Source: Mogibacterium sp.
Lineage (GTDB): Bacteria > Bacillota > Clostridia > Peptostreptococcales > Anaerovoracaceae
DNA: 30,733 nucleotides
Reading direction: 5' to 3'
Assembly: GCA_017434685.1 (NCBI GenBank)
Contig: JAFREV010000099.1
Coordinates: 1-30,733 of the forward strand
The notes beneath the pieces are model-generated. The model did not search any database and was not told the origin of the DNA. It saw only the letters and a program-made list of their open reading frames with translations. Numbering within the stretch: position 1 is the first letter of the stretch; each line of letters opens with the position of its first letter. Positions 1-8,537 of this stretch are shown piece after piece. Made by a program: the position numbers and the translations under genes.

Positions 1-4
1 GTAC

Positions 5-1120
5 ATGAATACCGGGTATAAGGCAATAGATGAGTACGCAACACGGAACGAGCTTTACAACGACGTATTTGATGATTCGCACAAGACGACTTCGGTCAGC
101 GACAATATGACATACTACTTGATTTGGGCAAAGCCATATAAAAAGCTTGATTTGGACAACGGCAATCCGACCTGCGGTAATGAAATGTGGAAAGCGTTCC
201 CGACGGTTCCAGATGGTTTCATGGTGGATCAGGAAGACTCCGTCTGGAGAGATGAAAACGGAGAGCGCGTAAGGACCTTTGAAGGTGGCAAGACATACAC
301 CTTTAGCGGCATGATTTACCTGCGTCCCTACGGGGCCCTCTGGAATTACTTCCTCGATAAGGATAACTTCACGCTGACGGTAAAGGATGGCAAGGACTTA
401 AAATATGAAGTCGATGGCGACAGGATAATTTTGAGCTATAAGGCCACAGCCGGCCACGACTGGGATGAAGGCACAGTGACAAAAGAGCCGACCGAAACAG
501 CCGATGGCGTGAAGACTTTCAAGTGTAAGCACTGCGATGCCACAAAGACAGAAGTCATTCCTAAGAAGGGATCGAAGACAAACGCTCCAAAGGTAACAAC
601 CACAGCAAAGACATCCGCAAGAGCGATGACGGTCAAGTGGACCATGAAGTGGGGCAAGGTAAATGGAGCTAAGAGCTACAAGGTAGCATACCGCAAGGTA
701 GGAAGCAAGAAGTGGACATACAAGAAAACAAAGAAGACCCAGTACGTGGTAAAGGGCCACAAGATGAAAGGCCTTTATGAATACAAGGTGGCTGCAGTAT
801 CCAAGAAGGGATCGACCTAGTCGAACACTAGCCGCCGCTATTTCAGCCGCGTCAGTGACAAGGCCAAGGCAGGCAAAGGTTCCATCAAGGTAAGCTGGAA
901 GAAAGACAAGACAGCGACCGGATACCAGGTATTTGTAGCAACCAACAAGAACATGAAGAACTCCAAGAAGTTCGAAGTTGGCAAGTCTGCTAAGTCTTAC
1001 AAGATAAAAGGACTTAAAAAAGGAAAGAGATATTATGTCAGTGTGAGACCTATGAAGACTCACGGAGGAGTCACATACAAAGGCATCCTGAGCAAGGTTA
1101 AGAGAGTCAGGGTGAAATAG
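5..1120 (+). pseudogene. Cell-surface protein, 3' part (His/Cys 'HDW..C..C' module, then two Lys-rich fibronectin-III-like domains), interrupted by an in-frame TAG at 818-820; 5' end lies outside the window
   Basis: The frame is open from position 2. After TAG 818-820 the same frame continues for 99 codons (SNTSRRYFSRVSDKAKAGKGSIKVSWKKDKTATGYQVFVATNKNMKNSKK...VRVK) to TAG 1118-1120, which is followed by a terminator. The continuation looks like a second FN3-like domain. Confidence 0.75.
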
Positions 1121-1163
1121 GCGATATGCTGAATGAACCTTGACAGGGGGATGAAACAGGAGG

Positions 1164-1191
1164 CACCGCTTCTACGGAGGCGGTGTTTTCT
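1164..1191 (+). terminator. Rho-independent terminator
   Basis: CACCGCTTC-TACG-GAGGCGGTG stem (cUACGg tetraloop) followed by TTTTCT. Confidence 0.85.
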
Positions 1192-1194
1192 GTA

Positions 1195-1223
1195 TTGTGG
1201 TTTCTTTTGGTCTGTGATAGAAT
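1195..1223 (+). promoter_or_regulatory. Putative SigA promoter for the TM1266-type regulator and downstream cluster
   Basis: TTGTGG (1195-1200), 17-nt spacer, TAGAAT (1218-1223) with an extended -10 TG. Confidence 0.5.
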
Positions 1224-1266
1224 CCCTTTTGACAATTAAATAACTCTTTTGAACAGGAGATTTGAT

Positions 1267-1512
1267 ATGGATACGAGAGTCGCCGTGATAAGCATTATTG
1301 TCACGGAGGCATCCCAGGTGGAAGTGCTGAACAACCTCCTCCATGAGTACTCCAAATACATCCTCGGAAGGATGGGAGTTCCTTATAGAGAGAAGAATCT
1401 GAACATCATCAGCATAGCCATTGACGCACCGATGGATGAGATCAATTCACTCACAGGTGCGCTCGGACGCCTCGAGGGCATAAATGCCAAGGTGACCTAC
1501 GCCAAGTCATAA
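1267..1512 (+). CDS. TM1266-family 'iron-only hydrogenase system regulator' (ACT/NikR C-terminal-like)
   Basis: 81 aa, MDTRVAVISIIV...NNLLHEY..YILGRMGVPYREKNLNIISIAIDAP..EINSLTGALGRLEG, matching this family by eye. RBS AGGAG lies upstream of ATG 1267. Confidence 0.88.
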   Translation: MDTRVAVISIIVTEASQVEVLNNLLHEYSKYILGRMGVPYREKNLNIISIAIDAPMDEINSLTGALGRLEGINAKVTYAKS

Positions 1513-1529
1513 TCTCACCTGTATAACAG

Positions 1530-1670
1530 CTGATGCTGCGGACTGCCGCAGCAGAGCATCCCTGAGACCGAAACTTAGACTTGAGGCCGAAGACGATGGA
1601 AAGTTGCTGCAAATTAGCGAAAGAACCATTGGATATGCAGGCCTTGTTCCGGACCGGGGACAGGGCTTTT
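1530..1670 (+). promoter_or_regulatory. Structured leader ending in an intrinsic terminator (candidate riboswitch/attenuator) before the permease
   Basis: Hairpin TGCTGCGG-ACTG-CCGCAGCA (1534-1553); several GNRA-like loops; terminator GCCTTGTTCC/GGGACAGGGC followed by TTTT (1641-1670), 21 nt before the start codon. Confidence 0.5.
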
Positions 1671-1691
1671 AGATTTTAATAAAGGAAACAG

Positions 1692-2717
1692 GTGAGAATG
1701 AGACGGGACGGCAGGTTGCCGAATTACTGGAAATTAATACTGATAGTGCTGCCGTTTGCGGTAGCGCTGATTGCACTCGGAATCGGGAGGATGAGCATAA
1801 GTCCTGCCGAGGTTATTGAGGTGCTGAGGGCGAAGTTTTTCGGCGGCGGATATGCCGGAAGCGAGCTTACGGAAAAGACCGTGATGCAGCTTAGGCTGCC
1901 GAGGATAATCCTCGCGGCACTCGTGGGTGCGGGATTATCCGTGTCCGGCACGGCTTTTCAGAGCCTGTTTGCGAATCCTCTGGCTACGCCGGACACGCTC
2001 GGCGTAGCGAGCGGAGCGAGTTTCGGAGCCGCGCTCGGCATCCTGCTGGGCTTCGGTCTCATCGGGATTCAGATAATGGGGCTCTTTATGGGAGCCGCCG
2101 CAGTCACACTGACTTGGCTTGCGGGCTCGGGCAAAGACAGAGGAGGCCTCAGCTACATAGTCCTCTCGGGCATCATGATAGGCTCACTATTCTCTGCGCT
2201 CGTTTCGCTGATTAAATACGTAGCGGACGAAGAGTCGCAGCTTCCGGCCATCACATACTGGCTGATGGGAGGCCTCGACAGAGCAAACTACAAAACGCTT
2301 GCCCTCGGAGCACCTGTCATCATCGCGGGCATCATCATATTCTGCCTGATCAGGTGGCGCATGAACATACTCCCGCTTTCGGACGACGAAGCAAAGGCAA
2401 GCGGGGTAAACATTAGGCTGCTAAGGGGAGTCAGCGTGGTTTCCGCTACGGCAATTACCGCATCATGCGTATCTATGTGCGGACAGGTCGGCTGGGTTGG
2501 CCTCATAATACCGCATATGTGCCGCATGCTATTTGGAAGCAATCACCTGGCGCTCGTGCCGGCATCGATTAGCTTGGGAGCAGTCTTCATGATAATAGTC
2601 GACACTTTGGCGAGGACAATCTCAGCATCCGAGATTCCCGTTTCAATACTCACGGCCATAATAGGTGCGCCGTTCTTCGTGGTACTTATGAGACGATCGG
2701 GAGGCTGGCGCATATGA
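1692..2717 (+). CDS. Iron-chelate/cobalamin-type ABC transporter permease (FecCD/BtuC family)
   Basis: RLPRIILAALVGAGLSVSG, QSLFANPLATPDTLGVASGA, EAKASGVN and GWVGLIIPH motifs; multiple TM segments. The start is GTG 1692 or ATG 1698. Confidence 0.93.
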   Translation: MRMRRDGRLPNYWKLILIVLPFAVALIALGIGRMSISPAEVIEVLRAKFFGGGYAGSELTEKTVMQLRLPRIILAALVGAGLSVSGTAFQSLFANPLATPDTLGVASGASFGAALGILLGFGLIGIQIMGLFMGAAAVTLTWLAGSGKDRGGLSYIVLSGIMIGSLFSALVSLIKYVADEESQLPAITYWLMGGLDRANYKTLALGAPVIIAGIIIFCLIRWRMNILPLSDDEAKASGVNIRLLRGVSVVSATAITASCVSMCGQVGWVGLIIPHMCRMLFGSNHLALVPASISLGAVFMIIVDTLARTISASEIPVSILTAIIGAPFFVVLMRRSGGWRI

Positions 2718-2745
2718 TGAGGAAAACAAAAGGAGGCGGCCTCGC

Positions 2746-3525
2746 ATGAGCTTACTTAAAATAGAAAACGGCTCATTTGCATACAAAGGCGGGCCGCAGA
2801 TTCTCAATAATATAAATGTAGAAGTTGAGCCGGGAGAAATACTGGCTGTACTCGGCCCGAACGGCGCCGGAAAGACCACTTTGCTGAGGTGCATGATGGA
2901 CATGCTCCATTGGCAGGAAGGCAGGAGCCTTTTGGACGGCGAAGACATCAGAACCATGCCGGCATCCACACTCTGGCGCAGGATGGCTTACGTGCCTCAG
3001 GCGAGGTCGGCGGGGACTACATTCACGGCCTTTCAGACCGTGCTGCTCGGCCGAAGCAGCAGGATAGGTGCGTTCTCCGCTCCGTCGGAAGAGGATATGG
3101 AGATTGCGGACAGAATGATGAAGACTCTCGGCATCGATTATCTGGCGGACAAGCCTTGCCATGCGGTGAGCGGCGGAGAGCTTCAGATGATTCTTATCGC
3201 GCGCGCTATGGCGGCGGAGCCTGAAATCCTCGTACTCGATGAACCTGAGTCGAACCTTGATTTCAAAAACCAGCTCATAGTACTCGACACAATGTCCAAA
3301 CTCGCAGAGTCCGGAATGGCATGCATATTCAACACGCATTATCCGGCGCACGCACTTCAGAGGGCGGACAAGTCGCTCATGCTTACCAAGGGCGGCATGA
3401 ATATTTACGGGCGCACGAAGTATGTCATAAGCGAGGACGACATAAGAAGCATATTCGGAGTGAACGCCGTCATCGATGATGCCGGCGAAGTTCAAAACAT
3501 CACGCCGATCAGTATTGTTAAATAG
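2746..3525 (+). CDS. ABC transporter ATP-binding protein (FecE/BtuD-like)
   Basis: Walker A GPNGAGKT, signature VSGGELQ, Walker B ILVLDEP, H-switch THY; RBS AAGGAGG. Confidence 0.93.
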   Translation: MSLLKIENGSFAYKGGPQILNNINVEVEPGEILAVLGPNGAGKTTLLRCMMDMLHWQEGRSLLDGEDIRTMPASTLWRRMAYVPQARSAGTTFTAFQTVLLGRSSRIGAFSAPSEEDMEIADRMMKTLGIDYLADKPCHAVSGGELQMILIARAMAAEPEILVLDEPESNLDFKNQLIVLDTMSKLAESGMACIFNTHYPAHALQRADKSLMLTKGGMNIYGRTKYVISEDDIRSIFGVNAVIDDAGEVQNITPISIVK

Positions 3526-3571
3526 AGAGTAGTTATAGCTCGTCAGGGACGTTCGCACTATAACTACCCTC
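3525..3571 (+). other. Intercistronic stem-loop without a U-tract
   Basis: GAGAGTAGTTATAG (3525-3538) and CTATAACTACCCTC (3558-3571) pair at 13 of 14 positions around a 19-nt loop. Confidence 0.6.
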
Positions 3572-3582
3572 CTCCAATAATT

Positions 3583-4629
3583 ATGAAAAACAAGGAAATA
3601 ATATTAAAACTACAATCAAATCGCGCGCTCGAGGAGGGCGAATGGATTCAGATCTTCGATACTTTCGATGATGAAGATCTCCGTTTTGCAATGGATTTGG
3701 CGCGTGAAATAACCATAGAGCGTTTCGGTAAGAAGATATATTTCCGCGGAATAGTCGAATTTACGAATGTTTGCAAGAACGACTGCTATTACTGCGGAAT
3801 ACGTGCGGGTAATTCGAATTGTGCGAGATACAGGCTTGATGAAGAGGATATTCTCGCCTGCTGTGAGGATGGCTACGCGCACGGCTTCAGGACTTTCGTA
3901 CTGCAGGGCGGAGAGGATCCGCACTATACGAAAGAAAAGATGTGTCACATAGTCAGGAGCATCACGGAGCGCTATCCGGACTGCGCGGTGACCATGTCTA
4001 TAGGCGAACTGGACCGAGATTATTATCAGGCGCTCTACGATGCGGGTGCCGTGCGCTATCTGCTTAGGCACGAGACCGCAGATGCAGAGCATTATGCTCT
4101 GCTGCATCCTGCATCGCAGACTTTGGAGAGCAGGATGCGCTGTCTGAAAGATTTGAAGGAGATAGGCTTTCAGACAGGCTGCGGGATCATGGTGGGAAGC
4201 CCTCATCAGACGAACCTGCACTTAGCCAAAGATATGATGTTTATGGCGGATTTCAAACCTGAGATGGTAGGCCTCGGCCCCTTCATCCCGCACAGGGATA
4301 CGCCGTTTCGGGATGAAGCCGCAGGATCTGTGGATAAAACACTGATGGTAATCGCACTCACACGGATCATGCTGCCCAACGCGCTCATACCATCGACCAC
4401 AGCGCTCGGGACGGCCGAGGCCGAAGGGCGCCAGAAAGGCGTTCTGGCCGGCTGCAATGTCGTAATGCCGAATCTCTCGCCGCTCGAGGTGAGAAAGAAA
4501 TACATGCTCTACGACGGCAAGGTCGGCACTGACATGAGTGCGGAGGCCGGCATCAGAACGCTGAGGGCGCAGATGGAAGAAATAGGATACGAAGTAATTG
4601 TCGCACGCGGCGATTTTAAGAGGAGATAG
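3583..4629 (+). CDS. hydE: HydE-type radical SAM enzyme ([FeFe]-hydrogenase maturase HydE family)
   Basis: [20 protein letters not shown] (CX3CX2C), [38 protein letters not shown], and VVMPNLSP...KKYMLYDGK (HydE YxLY motif). Confidence 0.85.
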   Translation: MKNKEIILKLQSNRALEEGEWIQIFDTFDDEDLRFAMDLAREITIERFGKKIYFRGIVEFTNVCKNDCYYCGIRAGNSNCARYRLDEEDILACCEDGYAHGFRTFVLQGGEDPHYTKEKMCHIVRSITERYPDCAVTMSIGELDRDYYQALYDAGAVRYLLRHETADAEHYALLHPASQTLESRMRCLKDLKEIGFQTGCGIMVGSPHQTNLHLAKDMMFMADFKPEMVGLGPFIPHRDTPFRDEAAGSVDKTLMVIALTRIMLPNALIPSTTALGTAEAEGRQKGVLAGCNVVMPNLSPLEVRKKYMLYDGKVGTDMSAEAGIRTLRAQMEEIGYEVIVARGDFKRR

Positions 4630-4631
4630 AA

Positions 4632-5384
4632 ATGGTAAAAATTGCAGTGTATGGAAAGGGCGGAATAGGAAAGTCGACCACAGTATCGAATGTTTCTGCA
4701 GCCCTTGCAGATATGGGATATAAGGTTATGCAGATAGGCTGCGATCCGAAGGCTGACTCCACATCCGCCCTGCACGGTGGACAGGATATTACGACCGTGC
4801 TGGATCTGGTCAGAGAGCACAAGAACGATTTCGAGCTCTCGGACATGGTTCGCGAGGGCTACGGCGGAGTCATCTGCGTAGAGGCAGGCGGGCCGACGCC
4901 GGGACTCGGATGCGCAGGCCGCGGCATTATCGCAGCCCTAGATAAGCTCAAAGAAAAGGTCGCATACGAAACCTACGAGCCGGACGTTGTAATCTACGAC
5001 GTACTCGGTGACGTGGTCTGCGGAGGTTTCTCCATGCCTATGAGAGGCGGCTACGCAGACAAGGTATTCGTCATCACGTCCGGCGAAAACATGGCCATCC
5101 ACGCTGCGGCCAATATCGCGGTCGCAATCGATGGCTTCAAGGACCGCGGATATGCGTCCCTTGGCGGCATCATCCTTAACCACAGAAACGTAAAGGACGA
5201 AGATGCCAAGGTACGCGAGCTCGCATCAGACATAAACAGCGAGATAGTAGGCGAGCTCAGCCGCAGCGAAACAGTAACAGATGCAGAAGACCTCGGTAAG
5301 ACAGTAATCGAGGCATTTCCGAATAGCGAAATGGCAGAGCAGTACAGAAAGCTCGCCAAAACGCTTCTCGAAAGCTGCATTTAA
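4632..5384 (+). CDS. nifH: Nitrogenase iron-protein-like reductase (NifH/CfbC/BchL family, divergent 'group IV'-like)
   Basis: [36 protein letters not shown] and [12 protein letters not shown]; both [4Fe-4S] Cys are present; RBS GAGGAG. Confidence 0.88.
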   Translation: MVKIAVYGKGGIGKSTTVSNVSAALADMGYKVMQIGCDPKADSTSALHGGQDITTVLDLVREHKNDFELSDMVREGYGGVICVEAGGPTPGLGCAGRGIIAALDKLKEKVAYETYEPDVVIYDVLGDVVCGGFSMPMRGGYADKVFVITSGENMAIHAAANIAVAIDGFKDRGYASLGGIILNHRNVKDEDAKVRELASDINSEIVGELSRSETVTDAEDLGKTVIEAFPNSEMAEQYRKLAKTLLESCI

Positions 5385-5387
5385 AAG

Positions 5388-5580
5388 GAGTTTTTAAATA
5401 TTTCATACATTTAGAGATTATTTAGAAGAAATATGTATGAAATAATAAAAAAGCAGAAGTGAAAAGTTAACGATAACCATGATTTAAGCAGTTATTGTAT
5501 ATAAGAGTATAGAAACAAGAAGGGATTTCATACATTTATGGTTTTTATTGTTTAAATATGTATGATTTTTTAAAAAACTC
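5388..5580. repeat. MITE-like element, copy A (193 bp, 23-bp terminal inverted repeats, two internal inverted pairs)
   Basis: Ends GAGTTTTTAAATATTTCATACAT and ATGTATGATTTTTTAAAAAACTC; inner half-sites ATGTATGAAA (5433-5442) and TTTCATACAT (5526-5535); both spacers are 22 nt. Confidence 0.75.
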
Positions 5581-5610
5581 GTGCTTCAGATAGTTGTGAA
5601 AGAAAAAGGA

Positions 5611-6972
5611 ATGCTAAAGAAAGTAAATGCAAATGAGAATAGGAATAATGTAGAAATACCGCAGGTGAGAATAGGAGATGCGGAATTTCCACAGCCTTTC
5701 AGATCGGGCCTTGAGTACGCCTCACCGGCACGCGGCACCTGGAACATAGTTCATACGGGAATGCTCATTCCTGAGGCGCACGAGATATTCGTGTGTGCTT
5801 CGTGCTGCCTGCGCGGCGTTGTGCTCACGGCAGCCGAGATGGGCGCCATGGACAGGTTCTCAACGGTCGAAATTCGTGAGCACAACCTCCTCGATGGCGA
5901 CATGGAAGAACTCGTCATCGAGGGCGTTTCGGACATAATCAACAAACTTCCGAAACGGCCTCCGGCAGTCCTCGTATACACAAGTTGCGTCCACCATTTC
6001 ACGGGCGTGGACCTGGATATGATTTACGAAAGACTGCGCGAGCGCTTCCCGGATATAGACTTCACGGATTGCTATATGAATCCGATTATGAGAAAGAGCG
6101 GAATGACTCCGGATCAGTTAATGCGCTCGCGCCTCTACACTATGCTCCATGAGCGAGAGATAAATCCTAGGGCGGTCGCCATCATAGGAAACGACTTGCC
6201 TACCGATGAGGACAGCGAGCTTATGTACATATTGAAGTCAAACGATTTCATCGTGCACGAGATCACTTCCTGCAAATCCTACGAGGAATACCAGGAGATG
6301 GCCGAGAGCGCATACTACATCTCATACTATCCGGATGCGGTGCCGGGCGGAGATATGCTTGCAGACAGGCTCGGCGGCAAACACATAAAGATGGATTTCA
6401 GCTTCGACTACGAAGAGATAGACGAGACATTTGCCGAACTCGCCGGTGCGCTCGGCATCAATCCGAGAAAGCCGTCAGATATCTCAGATGCAAGACGCTT
6501 ATGTGAAGAGGAACTCGTAGCCACAAAAGAGCTCGTGGGGGACACGCCAATTGCCATTGACTATACATACTGCACCAGGCCGCTCGGGCTTGCCAAAATG
6601 CTGCTCACGCACGGCTTCAATGTGCAGAGAGTCTACCTGGATGCGGTGTCCGGAGGGGACAAAGATGCATTTGATTACCTCAAGAGAAAGTATCCGGATC
6701 TGATACTTTCACCTACAGTGCATGCAGGCATGAGGTTTGCTCAAACGGCAAACAGCGGGGCCGGTAGCAAAGTTCTCGCCCTCGGTCAGAAAGCCGCATA
6801 TTTTGAGAACACGAATCATTTCGTCAACCTCGTCGAGGGAGGCGGCATGATGGGCTACGAAGCCATATACAGAACTGCCCGCCTGATGCGCGAAGCTTTC
6901 GAGACGGAGAAAGATATGAAGGAACTGGTCGGAATCAAAGGCCTTGGCTGTGAAGGAGGATGCTGCTCATGA
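5611..6972 (+). CDS. Nitrogenase component-1-like oxidoreductase, alpha-like subunit (NifD/NifE/BchN/CfbD superfamily)
   Basis: VCASCCLRGV and YTSCVHHFTGVDL align with NifD HGPVGC and SECxxxxIGDD. It follows the nifH-like gene and has a Cys-rich C-terminus (GLGCEGGCCS). ATG 5611 is preferred because GTG 5581 abuts the repeat element. Confidence 0.85.
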   Translation: MLKKVNANENRNNVEIPQVRIGDAEFPQPFRSGLEYASPARGTWNIVHTGMLIPEAHEIFVCASCCLRGVVLTAAEMGAMDRFSTVEIREHNLLDGDMEELVIEGVSDIINKLPKRPPAVLVYTSCVHHFTGVDLDMIYERLRERFPDIDFTDCYMNPIMRKSGMTPDQLMRSRLYTMLHEREINPRAVAIIGNDLPTDEDSELMYILKSNDFIVHEITSCKSYEEYQEMAESAYYISYYPDAVPGGDMLADRLGGKHIKMDFSFDYEEIDETFAELAGALGINPRKPSDISDARRLCEEELVATKELVGDTPIAIDYTYCTRPLGLAKMLLTHGFNVQRVYLDAVSGGDKDAFDYLKRKYPDLILSPTVHAGMRFAQTANSGAGSKVLALGQKAAYFENTNHFVNLVEGGGMMGYEAIYRTARLMREAFETEKDMKELVGIKGLGCEGGCCS

Positions 6973-8339
6973 AGCAAACTTCAAGAATTACATCTACATA
7001 TTCGGCAGATACCATGGGCGTGTGCTCGGCTCTCTTTGAGCTGGGCGGCATGACCATAATGCACGATGCCTCAGGCTGCAACTCGACATATACGACTCAC
7101 GATGAACCGCGTTGGTACGACATGGACAGCATGGTGTACATCTCCGCGCTTACTGAAATGGAAGCCATAATGGGAGATGATGAAAAACTGTTGGGAGATA
7201 TCGAAGATGCAGTAAGAGAACTACATCCTAAGTTCGTGGCAATTGCCGGCACGCCGATACCGACCATGACAGGTTTTGATTTCGAGGCGGTGGCAGCTGT
7301 CGCAGAGCAGAGGACGGGCGTGCCGTGTTTCGGCTTTGCAACTACGGGCATGAACACCTACATTCACGGTGTATCGATGGCCTTCGAAACCCTGGCAAAA
7401 CGCGTAGTTAAAGATATTAAAACAGAAAAGAAAAAAGAATTGCCGTCAGATAACGAGAGGCAAGATGTACAAGAAGAAAGTTTCTCAAAACATACAGATA
7501 GCAATCAGTACGGCAGCCATTCAACAACTCCCAAAAAACTAAAGGTCAACATCATCGGCCTGACACCGCTCGACTTCTCAGTCAACGGGCAGGACTCTTC
7601 GATAGCATCATGGCTCGAGTCCGAAAATTTCGAAGTAGTCTCGCGCTGGGCCATGGGCTCAACGCTTGAAGAAATCGCCATGGCCGGCGAAGCCGACGTC
7701 AACCTCGTCGTCTCCGCCTCAGGCCTCGCCGCGGCGAAAGTCCTTTTTGAAAGATTCGGCATGCCTTATGCAGTCGGACTTCCAATCGGCCATGAGCTTC
7801 CAGGGGCTTTCGCGGACCTGATCAAAACCAAGGTACGGGAATTCAAAGAGGCGGATGCTTCGGCGGCCACATTCGAATCCCGCGAGATCAGCATCCACTC
7901 CGGCATATTCCTCGCCGGTTCCGATTCTCAAAACTCTGCTGCTCAGAACGCAACAGCGGAGAGAAAAAACACAACAGACAGTGTGCAACCATACAAGAAA
8001 GGTTTCACCGCCATAATAGGAGAGGGCGTTGCATCGTTCTCACTCGCGAACGCTGTTGAGCTCGATCTCGGCATTCCTGCCAAAGTGCTCTGCACTACGG
8101 AATGCCCGGAGGATATGCTCCGCGAGTGCGACCGCATTACGCCGGACGAAGACGACATAATCCCGGAACTTGAAGGCGCGGCATACATAATCGCAGATCC
8201 GCTCTACAAACCGATCTGCCCGCCGGAAGCCAAATTCATTCCGCTTCCGAGCGAAGGTTTTTCCGGCCGCCTCTACAGAGACGAAATCCCAAATTTGATA
8301 ACAGACTTTGAGGACTTTTTAAAGAAAAGATGCATATAA
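6969..8339 (+). CDS. Nitrogenase component-1-like oxidoreductase, beta-like subunit (NifK/NifN/BchB superfamily)
   Basis: MHDASGCNSTY matches the HGxxGC motif; AGTPIPTMTGFDF occupies the TCxxxxIGDD position. ATGA overlap with the upstream gene; GGAGG lies ~9 nt upstream of ATG 6969. Confidence 0.85.
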   Translation: MKQTSRITSTYSADTMGVCSALFELGGMTIMHDASGCNSTYTTHDEPRWYDMDSMVYISALTEMEAIMGDDEKLLGDIEDAVRELHPKFVAIAGTPIPTMTGFDFEAVAAVAEQRTGVPCFGFATTGMNTYIHGVSMAFETLAKRVVKDIKTEKKKELPSDNERQDVQEESFSKHTDSNQYGSHSTTPKKLKVNIIGLTPLDFSVNGQDSSIASWLESENFEVVSRWAMGSTLEEIAMAGEADVNLVVSASGLAAAKVLFERFGMPYAVGLPIGHELPGAFADLIKTKVREFKEADASAATFESREISIHSGIFLAGSDSQNSAAQNATAERKNTTDSVQPYKKGFTAIIGEGVASFSLANAVELDLGIPAKVLCTTECPEDMLRECDRITPDEDDIIPELEGAAYIIADPLYKPICPPEAKFIPLPSEGFSGRLYRDEIPNLITDFEDFLKKRCI

Positions 8340-8537
8340 CCTCAAAAATACGCATGCTATGCATCTTTTTGCGACACGACCTCCCGCTGAAGGATGAGAG
8401 ATGCCGAAAAAGCGGACGATAATCTCGTTTTCTATGTTTATCGTAAAGTTGTAAAAATCCCGAGAGTCCGCGACTTTCAAAAATGATGCATAAAGGCATA
8501 AAAAATGCAGTCAAATGCATCATTTGCTGAAAAACTC
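8313..8537. repeat. MITE-like element, divergent copy C (225 bp); overlaps the last codons of the beta-like gene
   Basis: Ends GACTTTTTAAAGAAAAGATGCAT and ATGCATCATTTGCTGAAAAACTC (23 bp each); inner half-sites ATGCATC (8359-8365) and GATGCAT (8485-8491); both spacers are 23 nt. Confidence 0.6.

Noticed and set aside
398-1063. 221-aa minus-strand ORF (and similar ones at 2773-3558, 3616-4221, 12893-13630 and 21199-22035)
   Set aside because: These are antisense shadows of well-supported + strand genes, with atypical composition and no RBS or domain evidence.
1530-1640. Hammerhead ribozyme or TPP riboswitch (CTGATG/CTGAGA...GAAA; GAACC..GG..ATGC)
   Set aside because: The CUGANGA core is not intact and the TPP helices cannot be built; only isolated short matches are present.
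3583-4629. PylB (pyrrolysine synthesis), which could explain the amber codon at 818
   Set aside because: The motifs (RGIVEF..C, RHET, PNLSP..KY.LY) are HydE-type, no pylC/D/S/T is present, and TAG is used as an ordinary stop at 1120, 3525, 4629, 9930, 14411 and 23166.
5388-5580. Classical IS or MITE with a target-site duplication
   Set aside because: The flanks of the three copies show no direct duplication and no DDE or HUH transposase is in the window; mobility remains a hypothesis.
4632-8339. Bona fide nitrogen-fixation (nifHDK) locus
   Set aside because: The FeMo-co ligands and half of the P-cluster Cys are missing by alignment, the D/K-like proteins are short and divergent, and no nifB/nifEN is in the window.
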